Assembly: GCA_977017575.1 (NCBI GenBank)
Contig: CDRNVI010000023.1
Coordinates: 372,001 to 436,000, forward strand
DNA from: Paramoeba atlantica
Taxonomy: Eukaryota; Protista; Discosea
Length of the DNA stretch: 64,000 nucleotides
Direction of reading: 5' to 3'
The stretch's first letter is position 1. Each line of letters starts with the position of its first letter. The notes below the pieces were generated by a model. It made no database searches and was not told the DNA's origin. It worked only from the letters and a program-made list of their open reading frames with translations. The position numbers were made by a program, and so were the translations under genes. This document shows, piece after piece, positions 41,801-52,347 of the stretch.

Positions 41801-43347
41801 CGATTTTACCCAATAAATCTTTGCGTGAGTTATTTCGACGTTATCATCGAAGATCTCAGGTCTATTCGTCTCTCATTACACACAAAGGGGGTAGTGGCAA
41901 GAATGCCTTTCAAACCGATGATGTTGCTTGGCTCAACGTGCCGCTTATTACAGAGAGAGAAAACAAATCTCTCAGTACTTCCGATATTTCGTCTGATATT
42001 CCGCTGAATTCGTCAACTTCTAGCACACGTAGCCGTCGCGAAGTTCTTTCTGAACTTCGCTCTCCTATTTTGCTTTTTTCTGACCAATGCTGGGCACTTG
42101 GTTGGTGCCCTCCCGAGTGCAACACCATAGAAAATATTTTACAAAACCTTCAAAAGTTAAATTCGAGGCCTTTTAGTCCATCCAATGCTTTGAAAACCGG
42201 GAAAAGTGAAAAGGAGGAAATCTCTGGTGAAACAGATAGTGAATCGAAGTTGGAATTATCGCATTCACATCGGTGGGTGAGTTCGTCTGATTTATACTGC
42301 GAGGCCTCATCGCAATCTGCTCCTTGTTACGTTTTCTTTCGGCGAGTGAATCCTTTGCGAAGTGCATCAGGGCCTATAAGGCCGGAGGCAGATTCCTCTA
42401 CTCCTAGAAAAGGTTTCAGTAATAACACAAACCAAAAATGTCTGCCAATTCGTACGAAAACAAAAAATACGCTTCGTTCCAAATTAATTGATGCATCCAA
42501 CGTTTCTGCATCGGATTTTCCTACGGGAATTTGTACGTGGCGTTATTTTGTCTTGGCAACTCTTTCTTCTCTGTCCTTTGACGTGACAAATGTGTCTACG
42601 ACATCGGAAGCTCTTTGGAAGTCGTCTCCCTTTCTTTCCGCCCTTACTTCTGAAACAAACAATTCTGAAGATGCTCTTTACTGGGATGTGGATCTTAACA
42701 ATCAGACGATTTATCAAGGCAAATTACCGCAATCCAACGCATGGCTTGATGCAAAACATCGTACTTTTTCTAAATGGGTGCCTTTTCCTCAATTTCTAGA
42801 CTTTGTAGCTTCCATAACTTCCTATCCTCCATCTTCCCGATACGCTCGTGTTTCCCTCTTAAAACAAATGCCTACCGTTTCGAATCCTCACATCTCTCCA
42901 CATTTTTTATCAAAATTCGGCACAGATTCTCCTTTTTCGATTTCTCCAGAAAACAAATCCAACAGCGTAAAAACAAATCCTGCTTCTTCTCCCCGTATAG
43001 TTTCGAATTCTGTATTTGCGATACAAATTACTACACGACACGACACGCAACATTATCCGGTAGAAAGTACCGTTCTGCACGAACACACGCTGCGACATTC
43101 TGTTCTGAAACCTCTAGGGCTGAAACTATTTGGAGAGCAACCTGAAATTGGACAGGACGACTTATTCTTGCTATCTGGAAAACCCTCGGATAGACAAAAA
43201 GAAATGGGAAAAAAGACTTTGTTGGCTATTCCTAAAGAAGGGGTGTCGTGGTGTCCACTGGAAATACGACTGGGTCCTTATTTTGTCGAGTCAACACCTC
43301 CACGAGATATTTATGAATGGTATCGTTCGCAAAATATGGGAGGATAG
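38839..43347 (+). CDS. Large hypothetical protein with WxxAL helical repeats, possibly mitochondrial
   Basis: 4.5-kb ORF; LWQQAL, LWSLAL, CWKTAL, FWSLAL; start uncertain (ATG 38839, or 39124 MACFILRTLHAR). Confidence 0.75.
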   Translation: MRSIERTSCAAIPHLANHGSFFSICSSNSSCSALGFQRASLSSVASATWQESLLFYQNQLQCPVPQFRTRVHAADSTLHSLHRLSLTNAHPKIGSMACFILRTLHARAPKHGNRIPQKTVFDALRLLISQGVCDLDEEISCFSDLRQGVFSDVPSKWKLATLFLTTYGSSGSLPSTVKSLYCYELQSYDWLSRVGKLSVQDNVLPSVLDILSEGNKIHYPTTSMHDEFLKMMRTFLDHVSSRKSNLNDVNALAAPGTSLTLLCFFLHSALACLSFSKPSDSQEGLPLLSDTNCLRANKSLSDSRTDVSEHISKNVLQVLQSLNVIIQTDSPLKGQHQKAYGAHYTVLDNLLRTPSRDFTKTSLCDKRGKTILFLNALLHFFLCWVPQNTALETLHSFFLRQDPPSQTCASSSAAHGSFKDPNKDSFVFPLYSKCTYTSQLLEFYASHQKFELHEQLMARIIPFPTQQEIQTVLSKNIVSSISSDAHSPASFLPSSAWDLQQRNGALDSNAAESYRSFRLALSSASLSEMTQNLTVRKASRRERYRSLCKVYRKILRAGSKGKKVISSCSPPPVLSSVKNLISLLSPRIPFSSFSKHSEAFFALLRFSHTHKMSSTQTKTLLHLLRRRLPEGTPVLKTLGDASSVFTHSFVSESFLPHYSHHQNQILLQTLANEGKWDSLLQLWPHLSTTHPENRHKLLYCFRNAIVSTTQTINRVKLWQQALQFVSSQDFADQNVASEVLLLLSLSPGKASWSNVLYGYARAQASGKQTNAEATLESSLNASHVLHALCSVVEKYSYGKETREVKFSSVKQAQKCDLQKNTNADLWSLALQCYQTSSFHKFFTANHVLRVLVHSSPRSCWKTALSLLCQEPRVFSHHLHRSLWCRIWASLPSSAFLRNDKAKNTTSGVVWDILEKLPSTTFPDLFWSLALTTFRRCDLMRSENTELKRFASDSIMQGDALIKTNPGLQQACLSSTYFTEIMEHLSRRSILPNKSLRELFRRYHRRSQVYSSLITHKGGSGKNAFQTDDVAWLNVPLITERENKSLSTSDISSDIPLNSSTSSTRSRREVLSELRSPILLFSDQCWALGWCPPECNTIENILQNLQKLNSRPFSPSNALKTGKSEKEEISGETDSESKLELSHSHRWVSSSDLYCEASSQSAPCYVFFRRVNPLRSASGPIRPEADSSTPRKGFSNNTNQKCLPIRTKTKNTLRSKLIDASNVSASDFPTGICTWRYFVLATLSSLSFDVTNVSTTSEALWKSSPFLSALTSETNNSEDALYWDVDLNNQTIYQGKLPQSNAWLDAKHRTFSKWVPFPQFLDFVASITSYPPSSRYARVSLLKQMPTVSNPHISPHFLSKFGTDSPFSISPENKSNSVKTNPASSPRIVSNSVFAIQITTRHDTQHYPVESTVLHEHTLRHSVLKPLGLKLFGEQPEIGQDDLFLLSGKPSDRQKEMGKKTLLAIPKEGVSWCPLEIRLGPYFVESTPPRDIYEWYRSQNMGG

Positions 43348-43642
43348 TAAAGAATTTCCTTCGGAGTGACGTTTGGGTAATCCTATTTGTTTTATTCCCG
43401 TAGCTTTGGTTTCTTTTATGAAAGTTTTGTTTTTTTTTACTACATTTTCTGTGCAACTTAAGCTGCGCAAATTACTTGTTTTCTTGCTGTCGCATATTTC
43501 CACATCTTTTTGGAGGCAATAGAGTTGCAACACGGTTGTTAATGTTATCCCTATACAGGAATTTCCACTCACCATTACCTTTACTTTTGTATTTTATGTT
43601 CATCAATTTCGTTGTTTCTTTAACTTCCCCTTCTTCTTTTAC

Positions 43643-44599
43643 ATGAGCCAAACTTTTTCATTGAGTCAGACATATTATAAAGGGGCTAACGCAATTAGCC
43701 CGGCCTCTGTCATACTCACTCCCCCCTCTCCCCTTTCCTCTAACTCTCTCTGCACTACAGGGATGAGATCGCGGTACACGCGATCCTCTTCCTCATACGA
43801 GATAAAAATCTCACAGTGTCAGGTGCTTCAAGAGGCACAAACCTCAGAAAGGGAAGAGGAAAATCCTACAGACACATTTCTTCCTCCCCCCCACGCAATA
43901 TCCGCGTGCTGCTGTTCCTTATGCAGCTGTGGGGGAAACGGAATTCTGTCTTCCCCGGAATCCTTTTTATATTCCCCCAATGCCCGAAATCCCCATCGGG
44001 TCGTCGTTCTGGATTTCGAAACGACCGGGCTTTCGAGAAAAGCCCAAATCATACAAATTGGGGCAGTGGAGGTTGTGGGGAGTTTACCCACAGGGAATAC
44101 GTTTTATACCAACGTACTTCCCTGTACGGAGATCGAGAGAGGGGCTACGAGGGTCCACGGATTTCGAAACGCGGACCTTGAGGGGGTAAATTCTTTTTCC
44201 CGTAGCCCCTCTTTCGACATTGTATTTCCTTTTCTTATGAATTTTATAGCCGGATCCCCGATTGTGGGGCATAATATCCAATACGATATAGGTATATTAA
44301 GAAAGGAGGCGAAGCGCATTGGTTCAAATCTTCCAATGTGCGAAATTATTTGTACAATGAAAACGTTTCGTCGGTATTATCCGGGGAGAAAATTGGCACG
44401 GCTAGAAGCTGTGGCCAATTTCTTCACTTTAAATACAAATAATAAAAAGCCTGTTAGATTTTCGCAGTCTGAGGTGCACGATGCATTGGCAGATGCACTT
44501 CTTACTGCTAAAATTTATTGTATTTTTCATCGCATGGCATATGTTCACATAGGACACGATATTGAAGAGTCTTGTGTGGTAAAATCAGAAGACATGTAA
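43643..44599 (+). CDS. DEDDh 3'-5' exonuclease (DnaQ/epsilon-like)
   Basis: Exo I VVLDFETTGL, Exo II GHNIQYD, Exo III HDALADA. Confidence 0.93.
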   Translation: MSQTFSLSQTYYKGANAISPASVILTPPSPLSSNSLCTTGMRSRYTRSSSSYEIKISQCQVLQEAQTSEREEENPTDTFLPPPHAISACCCSLCSCGGNGILSSPESFLYSPNARNPHRVVVLDFETTGLSRKAQIIQIGAVEVVGSLPTGNTFYTNVLPCTEIERGATRVHGFRNADLEGVNSFSRSPSFDIVFPFLMNFIAGSPIVGHNIQYDIGILRKEAKRIGSNLPMCEIICTMKTFRRYYPGRKLARLEAVANFFTLNTNNKKPVRFSQSEVHDALADALLTAKIYCIFHRMAYVHIGHDIEESCVVKSEDM

Positions 44600-44690
44600 C
44601 GTTTATGCGATTTCTCCTTTCTATAGAGTCGTTTTTTTGTACAGTAAGCGTAAGCATGTAAATATGTAGATATAGCCTTAAATATTTTTT

Positions 44691-44813
44691 TATTTTTCTT
44701 TTTTAAGCTCTTCGTTAAACGCAGTGGTTGTTTTCAACTTAGAATTCACTCGTGCTGCGCGCTTCACGCTGAAAACTACCACCGCGTTTAACGAAGAGCC
44801 TAAAAAAGAAAAT
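44691..44813. mobile_element. Solo palindromic end of the palindrome-ended element
   Basis: gctcttcgttaaacgc...gcgtttaacgaagagc; weaker relic at about 38685-38735. Confidence 0.88.
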
Positions 44814-45612
44814 TCGACAAAAGATTATGAATAATCTACTTTTTTGGGGGGGAAAGCTCGATTTTTCAGCAAACATTGCGAAATTTTACACCGAATTTGG
44901 GCCGTTTTGGATGCCTTACCAGTAGGGGTAAGAGGCGAATCTGACGAAAACGACGTAGAATGGTAGCCCCCCATGGATCTTACAAAAAACTCGATCTTAC
45001 ATATAAATAACTCGATCAGCATGCATACTTCTTATTCTACATATAAATGCTTTAATTACTTTCACAAGTTCTCAGTCTTAGATTCGGAGTCAGTGCACTA
45101 GCGGAGGCGCATTGTTCCGCGTTTTAGAAGGCATATTCCCGACTTTTATCTTCCTTGCGAAGGTATCGATTTAGCTGTGAATATGCTACCGCCCCGTTAA
45201 GCTCCTGCAGCAATAACTAAAATTCGGTGTAGACCCGTTTGCGCTGCATTCCACAGGCATCTGCGAGGGCATCCATAAGAGCCTTCGTGTTTGAATGCAT
45301 TGCACCCCCTGAGAGGACATTGAAAGCTTTCGGCCATGATCTTCCCGGTCTTGACATACATGTGTAACATACATACTGTATGTGTAATGTTTTCGTCGAC
45401 AGGCGTCGTGGAATAAATGTGCACACTTCGTGTCAAGGTTTGAGGGTGCCAGTTCGTGGATGACTGTTAGATCGTAGTGTACGTAGTATACACACTCTTT
45501 TTTTCGAATTCATCTTTTATCTTCAAAACGAATTGATACCAACACGACCTTCCTTGTATTTTTTTCACAAAAACGGCCACTTTCTCCTTAGTCTTTTTTC
45601 TCTTCTTCCTAC

Positions 45613-46476
45613 ATGCTCTGGTCTTTTTCCTTTTGCGACACCTTACCTCACATCCCCCCCTCGCGTCCCGCCAAAGTGAGTCTTGCGAATCTTCCACACG
45701 AGTACGAACTCGCACGTTTGATCCGAGACGTCCAACCCCACTCTCCATCCTGGACCACAGACACTCGTGCGTGTCAGTGGTACGGGGTGAAATGTGACAC
45801 CACAGGGGCTGTGCTGGAAATTCGATGGATTTATCAAAATCTTGTCGGCCCTCTTCACTTTGTTCACCTCCCACGAACCGTAAAAACGTTTCGAGTGATT
45901 GAGAATGCGTTAAACGGTGCTGTTGAACTGACAGCGTTGCCGCGCAGTCTTCACACATTAGGCCTCTCGTATAACCGTTTTTCCGGGAGTTTAGATTTGA
46001 CGGCTCTCCCCAACGGTGTGCAGTTTCTATATCTCAATGAAAACGGGTTTACGGAAAACGTTTGTTTAAGTGAGCTACCGGTACAACTGGTACGGTTGTA
46101 TCTACAGAACAATCAACTCACGGGGTCAATAGACCTCACTTCACTCCCCAACAAGATGATGTATTTATTGTTACGTCATAATCTGTTCTCGGGAGAGGTC
46201 TCTTTGCATTATCTTCCGCCCGATTTTTTTGAACTCTCACTTCACCATAACTTTTTTACGGGGGGCTTATCGCTTACCCAGCTATCTCCTCGACTAAACT
46301 ACATGGACATAAATGATAACGTATTAGTGGGGCCTGTGGATGTTAGAGACCTTCCAAAGTTTTTACGTTGTCTGGATTTGTCAAACAACATTGGGCTATA
46401 TGGAGAAGTGAGGCGAAGCGAAATTCCGGGAACCATGGATCTTTGTGTCAAGAATACAAAGATTGTCATCTTTTAG
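45613..46476 (+). CDS. LRR-only protein, locus LRR18 (287 aa)
   Basis: RPAKVSLANLPHEYEL, RACQWYGVKC cap, about 7 LRRs. Confidence 0.9.
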   Translation: MLWSFSFCDTLPHIPPSRPAKVSLANLPHEYELARLIRDVQPHSPSWTTDTRACQWYGVKCDTTGAVLEIRWIYQNLVGPLHFVHLPRTVKTFRVIENALNGAVELTALPRSLHTLGLSYNRFSGSLDLTALPNGVQFLYLNENGFTENVCLSELPVQLVRLYLQNNQLTGSIDLTSLPNKMMYLLLRHNLFSGEVSLHYLPPDFFELSLHHNFFTGGLSLTQLSPRLNYMDINDNVLVGPVDVRDLPKFLRCLDLSNNIGLYGEVRRSEIPGTMDLCVKNTKIVIF

Positions 46477-47431
46477 GGGTCGTTTAAAACACTGTTCCTT
46501 ATTGCTCCTGCGCAAAAACAGCTACATGTAGCTTTGCACGTGTCGAGATACGCACATAAAGGTTCAAAGTACGAACATCACCCTAAAATACCACCCTTTT
46601 GCGTCGACAGAAACTGTGTCAAATCTTTGCCAAATTAGTTTCTGCAAAAACTACACTAGCATGTGTCGGCCTTGATATGCCTTGAACGAACGATGATTGA
46701 TAATGGGCGAACTTAGATCATATCTGAGGCTTAACACTTCTTAAACCTACGGTGTTTAATTAAAGATGGTTATTTTTCGGCTCCATTTTATTTTTAATTG
46801 TTTCTTCCAGGGGTCCGAATAACTATAAAACTTTATTATAGGTACTTTAAAGTAACTATATTATTTTTCCCTACCTTTATCTACCTTTATTTTTTTGTCA
46901 ATGATTCGCACTGTACTATTTTGTTGAAATTTTTCAATGCGTGGGCGCTCGGGTAATAGAGAAAGTCAAGCTAAATTTGTCCAGCCTTATTAGCAATAAG
47001 ACCTACTACTTACAAGGAGGTGGAGGCCGGAAAACGATTTCTGAATGTCGGCTCTGTAGTTCACCGGGAAAGCGGAACTTTGTTTACGAAAAATGCACTC
47101 GGACCTCATACTCTTCAGCCCTAGGTCATAGTGAAGGAGAAGAGAGTCAGAAAGTGGGAGACGGAAAATGCTGTTGAAAATGCAGCTTGATGTCAAGTCC
47201 TATAAACCTTTCAAATGTATTTGAAACCATGGGAGACTGTGCAAGTCTTGGTTGGCATGAATTGGCACAAGTTGGCATGAGTTGGCATGAGTAGCCATAT
47301 TTTTGTTTTATCAGCCAATTTAAATCTTTTTTCGGTGCGTTCTGCAAAGTTTAGTTACAAATGTATATTCGTTAAAATTCATCTAAAGAGTTCGGTATTC
47401 AAGTTTTTTTATTCTTTGCACCACATCACTT

Positions 47432-48100
47432 ATGTCATTCCAAGCATCAATCTATCGCCAGATGTGCAAAGGAAAATGTCAGAAAATGACACCGTTCACT
47501 CTTCCCACCGAAGGTCGATCATCGTTTTGTGTTTATTGCAAATGGTGTGTCGATTCCGAGCAGCACAGAGATGTATGTGTGCAATGCTTGCAGTATGGGG
47601 TATTCAACGGTTCTGATGTTTGTGCGACTTGTGGGCAATCACAAGTCGTTGAATCTTTTTCTCCTCCCCTCCTTCAGGAATTATTGTCATCCGATCTGGA
47701 CCTTGAATCAGTAAAGCGCACATCCAGCCAATTCTTTCGGAAGACTGTCTTGGGGTTGCGATTTACTTTTTCGCATGTGGCGTATGCCCTGATTGCGTGC
47801 AAAGCCAGCATTGACTGGGCTGATGACGGAACTAAATTTTTGCGGACAGGCATTAACTACGCCAAAAAGTTCCGATTGTCTGTGAGTTCTAAAGACGAAC
47901 GTGACATGGCGACAGTTTTAAAAAACATTTGGAATAGCTTTGTTGGAGATTTGAATCGAAGGCGTGTGACGATTCGGTCCGATCTAAAGTCTAGAATCAT
48001 CGAGAAGCTGTCCGTGCATGAAGAGAATAGTGCGAAGGCTAAGAGGAAGGAAGAGGACAAAAAGGCGAAAGTTCATGTGGAAAGTATTAATTTAGTTTAA
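47432..48100 (+). CDS. Cys-rich accessory ORF of the element (222 aa)
   Basis: CxxC clusters (CVYCKWC, CVQC, CATC) then a helical, basic tail; lies inside the TIRs. Confidence 0.6.
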   Translation: MSFQASIYRQMCKGKCQKMTPFTLPTEGRSSFCVYCKWCVDSEQHRDVCVQCLQYGVFNGSDVCATCGQSQVVESFSPPLLQELLSSDLDLESVKRTSSQFFRKTVLGLRFTFSHVAYALIACKASIDWADDGTKFLRTGINYAKKFRLSVSSKDERDMATVLKNIWNSFVGDLNRRRVTIRSDLKSRIIEKLSVHEENSAKAKRKEEDKKAKVHVESINLV

Positions 48101-48382
48101 TTTCCATAGGTGATGTTAAGTTCGAAGTTGTGAAGCTAGCTGTGAAGTCTTTAACCAAAAAACTGACGTTATTTATAATACGCTATTACAATAATATGTG
48201 TAAATTCATAAATAATACTTAATAAAAAAGTACTTAAAAATAATAGAGAGCTTAAAAACTAACTAACATTCTCGAACTATGTCAAAAGCCGTTTCTGAAC
48301 TTGACGTTTGTGGTGTATCGAGTAATCTTTACAAGTCGTATCGAGTAATCTTTACACGGGGGCGACTAACGATAGCGTAATT

Positions 48383-48943
48383 TTGGAACATTCTAAATTC
48401 TTACCATTCTTACAACAATATCGAAAACGTGCGTTTGTTGATGGGGGGTTCAAAAAGTCAGATCTCCATATCATTCCTCATAGAGCGACTGCAATTTGGC
48501 CGAAGAAACCTCTTGGAAAATCACGAAGTGCTTATGAGCAAGAAGCTTTGACTAAGCTCCAATACAACGAAAACATTGCCCATTTTCGTTCACGCATTGA
48601 GCATGTTTTTGGCCGAACTTTCATTGGCCGATGGCTGGCACTAAAAAATTGGACGCATTCTTTTGATTTGCTAGGAGACTGCTTCAAAGCAGCCCTCATT
48701 ATACATAACCTAGAAGCTTACCTGCGCTACGAATGGGGTGGGAAGTTTCCTCGATTTTTGACAACTGAGGAGAAACGCGTCATTCAATCCAAAATCTCTG
48801 CTTGTGAAACACAGCGCAAGCGTTACCCCCAGCCCGACGCCCCAGCACCGCAACAGACGACTTTACATTCATTCTTTAAGGGACAGTGGACCCCCATAGT
48901 TATAGACGATGATGATAGCACCGACGAGGGGGCGCTCGAGTAA
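48383..48943 (+). pseudogene. Harbinger/IS5-type transposase C-terminal part
   Basis: AFVDGGF...WPKKP...YNENIAHFRSRIEHVFG..F..RW fits the DDE_Tnp_4 tail; N-terminal catalytic part missing. Confidence 0.8.
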
Positions 48944-49735
48944 TACTGCATGAAGAAAAAATCTATAGCTTCATCCCTCATATTATTAAGTTATTATTAT
49001 ATTGTTATGGATATTCCGTGGAGGGGGCATTGAGGTCCAGGGTATGAAAAAATGCATGTGATTTCTGTATCCCTCATTATTCCCTCTCATTATTCCCAGT
49101 TCTGGTTGGCATGAGTTGGCACGAATTGGCATGAGTTGGCATGAATTGGCACAAGACGGCACGAGATGGCACCGGTTAGCTGCACAGTCTCCATGGTATA
49201 ACGGAAGTGTGATCATGGAGTATGAAACGCGGCCATTCAGGATCCATTGTTGCAGACACTGGAAATTCCAATGGTAGAACAACATGTTCAATATGCGTCT
49301 TGTGTTCTGGAAATGCTACAATCTGGAGTCAAGTGGTAGTGGAAAATTTAGAAGCAGAAACATTGATAACATTGTTCAACAATGTAATCGTTGATATCGC
49401 ATGTCTTATCAACGACGATTAGAGAAGGCCTGGTGGAAGTGTTTTCCACGTCTGACGCTGATGAAGCTTGTTCGGCACTATAACTGCCTGAAAACTATAC
49501 CTGTGCAAGATTGTTTCCTATGCATTTTAGGTAATCAGAAAAATCATTCCCTCCAACAAGGCCTACTCTCCGCGACCCGAGCAACCAGACTGCACAGATT
49601 CCCCACCCAAATTGCACAAAAAGTCGACCGCTGAAACTATAGGTACACCTATATATTAACTATATAAAGTTATTCGGACCCCTGGTTTCTTCTTGCTTTT
49701 TTAGCTTCTTTTCTTTAAAGGGAAACGACATCTCT

Positions 49736-50401
49736 ATGGTTATTCGAAAGGAAGGCAAATCGAAACGTCCTTTGTCCTCTCCTGGCCGTAAGAGGACACA
49801 ACCCACTCCTCGCACTTCTCCAACAGACTCCCCAACAAAAACCCAATCTACGCACACATTCGAAGATACGAAAGAAGAGCCTCTTACGTTAGAACTGTTG
49901 TCTTCTCTCTATCACGCACTGTTGGATGATTCTTCTGTATTGCCGCGAGAGGTTTGTGGAAAAATACGACGCATCGGCTCTCTGGATCATAAATTACGTG
50001 CCGCACTACACACATTGCTCATTTATACGGAATCGGATGTAAATGTTAACTTTCCGGACGCCTTTAGTGATTATTCAAACGAAATTGTAGAGGCATCAAA
50101 AGGGACAACATCACAAAACATTGCCGATAGCTCTCCTTGTGAGATCGGACCTCTTCCAAACGATTTAGAATCTACTAAGAACATCTCTACACAATCGGAT
50201 ACGATAAAATATGAACACATCAACTTGGGTGACCTTCCATCAAGTATCGAAGGAGGCGTAGTTACCGAGCTTGAAGACCAGGTTTTGGAATTCGCGCTCG
50301 AAAAAGAAACTTTAGCAACGGAGGCGTTGGGCTTATGTCACGCAATTCAACTCAAAATCCTTGATTGTTTAGAAAAATGCAAAGCTATTTCTTCCACATA
50401 A
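49736..50401 (+). CDS. Hypothetical protein (221 aa)
   Basis: Co-oriented ORF with plausible composition; no motif recognised. Confidence 0.55.
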   Translation: MVIRKEGKSKRPLSSPGRKRTQPTPRTSPTDSPTKTQSTHTFEDTKEEPLTLELLSSLYHALLDDSSVLPREVCGKIRRIGSLDHKLRAALHTLLIYTESDVNVNFPDAFSDYSNEIVEASKGTTSQNIADSSPCEIGPLPNDLESTKNISTQSDTIKYEHINLGDLPSSIEGGVVTELEDQVLEFALEKETLATEALGLCHAIQLKILDCLEKCKAISST

Positions 50402-50699
50402 TCAATTTTCTTCCCTCTGGTACTTTAAAACCATTCCCTTTCCAACCCCCTTATTGTAAAATCCCAAAACCACAAATTCACTTTTTCCTAAATTTCAAAA
50501 CTTTTTCCCTCCTATTCGTATTTCTCCCCCATGTCTCTCCAACCCCAATCCCCTTACCCCCTCCGAAAACCTTGCCATTCATCTTTGAACCGAAACTTGT
50601 GACGACTCCCCGAAGGTACTCCAACCTGCCAAAAACCACATGCCAAATCCCGTTTCACCGCACTTTCCTCCTTAGCGCGGTGAATACAACATACAGCAT

Positions 50700-51553
50700 G
50701 TCTAACGGGAACGTACGCATTCCCTTCATGTCCTATCGTATAGTTGCACTCGGAGCATGGTCACCCTGTCGCAGCTCTTGACGAATTATGTCTCGAATGG
50801 AATCTCGTGATCGATGGAGGGTGTTTACAATGACTCGTCAGCATTCCAACCGTGCGATCCAACTTTACAAACCTGAGAAATCTCCGATACGTTCGATGGG
50901 ACGTTCGATGGGACGTTCGACGGGACATGCCCTGCGGGTCCTGGTCTTTGTAAAGTGTACAAGATCCAAGTGTACCCTAGATCGGCCAAGAACATTTCGT
51001 CTTTGTGGTGAGTTAACAGAGGAGTTCGACGCACACTAGTATCTCTCTTATAAATTTTGGCATCATGCATGCTGCCAACAACTGGTCCGCGAAAGAAGAA
51101 TGGAACTCCGGCCAGAGTTAGCCAAACTTCCACCTTGATGCAGTGCTGCTGGTGCTTTCCCGAATAGGTGCTGTCTTGGGTGGTTCCATCAGGTGTTTCT
51201 CTCGGTTTCCCGAGAGATCCCGTGAACGACACGGGATCGTCGTGACGTCCAGCATGCAGGTTACGTCAGATAACCATGATACTCCCTGGGTAAACCGGAG
51301 CTCGGGGTTCATAAGCAGGGGTGAACGGCACACGAGTAAAATCATCCCGGAGAGTCCGAATTGAAATCAACGGGGCGTCCGGTGGGATCCACGCCCTTTG
51401 AACATCGTACAACTGTTCCCATGTGCAATTCAGAGAACAGATGCACAATGATGACTGAACACGACGGTAATCCGTCTCCGTAACATCGGATCCATGCACA
51501 CGTCGGAGCTCGTTGTAGAACTCCCGCACCTGTGCAGCCGAGATGCCAAACAT
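50700..51553 (-). pseudogene. PIF/Harbinger-type transposase pseudogene
   Basis: LDVTTIPC, YSGKH..HCIKVEV, GPVVGSMHDAKIY, FLADLGY; frameshifts and a 12-bp x3 repeat insertion at about 50886-50925. Confidence 0.88.
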
Positions 51554-52347
51554 AGAGAGGGAATGAAACAATTGAAAGAAATTTCGATTTAGAAGCAAAA
51601 TGAGTAGGGTTGTATTATAATTGGGCGGAAATATTTTAGCATGCACTCGTAATTAGTGGAATGAAATAGCAATTAGTGGAATGAGCTAGTAATTGGGGAT
51701 AATTGTAATTGCCGAAATCGGCGCTTCTTTCCTCGCAGCATCAAGATAATCAATAGATAAAACTTTTTACTCACTCTTTTTAATGATTCTATATAAATAA
51801 GTTATTTTTTTAAAGAAAATATATAGAAACCATTTCAATAAAGAATTACGTGGTACGATCGTCTAATTTATCTTTCATAAGTTATCCGAGAATCATTTGA
51901 GTCTACTTACCGCGTCCTCTGGGTTCTCTTCGGATTTCACGTATCGGAATTTAATACAAATACCTCTCTTTTGGTTCATGGTTAAGACGCGTTTAAGCTC
52001 ACCTGCAATGAAGTCGGATCGTGCTACAACCCCATTCTGGCCATTTTGAAACCGTGCTCTACTGATCTGTTGTCGGTTTATCGCTGAAAGTATATTGCAA
52101 ATGCATCAATTAGTGTGAGGAGAATACAGGAAAAATACTCAAACTTTTTGCAAGATAAGATGTACTGCCTTTACAAACGGTGAAAATTCATAAAAATGAG
52201 AAAAGTTCGACCAACAAAAAGCTCTGTAGAAAGCCTTTTTTACAGGAAAATGTACGACTTTTTCTTCAAAAAATAATTGGTATGGACTAATAAGGACTTT
52301 GCGTGGAACAGCATGCGACAAGGGATTAATTTTACTAGAATGAGACC

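Larger units (their letters stand above)
47227..49196 (+). mobile_element. Two-ORF PIF/Harbinger-like (PHIS group) element, deleted
   Basis: TIR ccatgg(g)agactgtgca / tgcacagtctccatgg; 10-bp subterminal repeats (gttggcatga) at both ends; encodes a DDE_Tnp_4-like fragment. Confidence 0.75.

Noticed and set aside
45186-45436. Cys/His-rich minus-strand ORFs as zinc-finger genes (also 46941-47177)
   Set aside because: Short, interrupted by stops, and spacing not diagnostic
49222-49430. Possible further DDE transposase fragment (VVENLEAETL...LINDD)
   Set aside because: Weak resemblance to ISXO2 or Tc1 cores, no second motif and no TIRs; needs an HMM search
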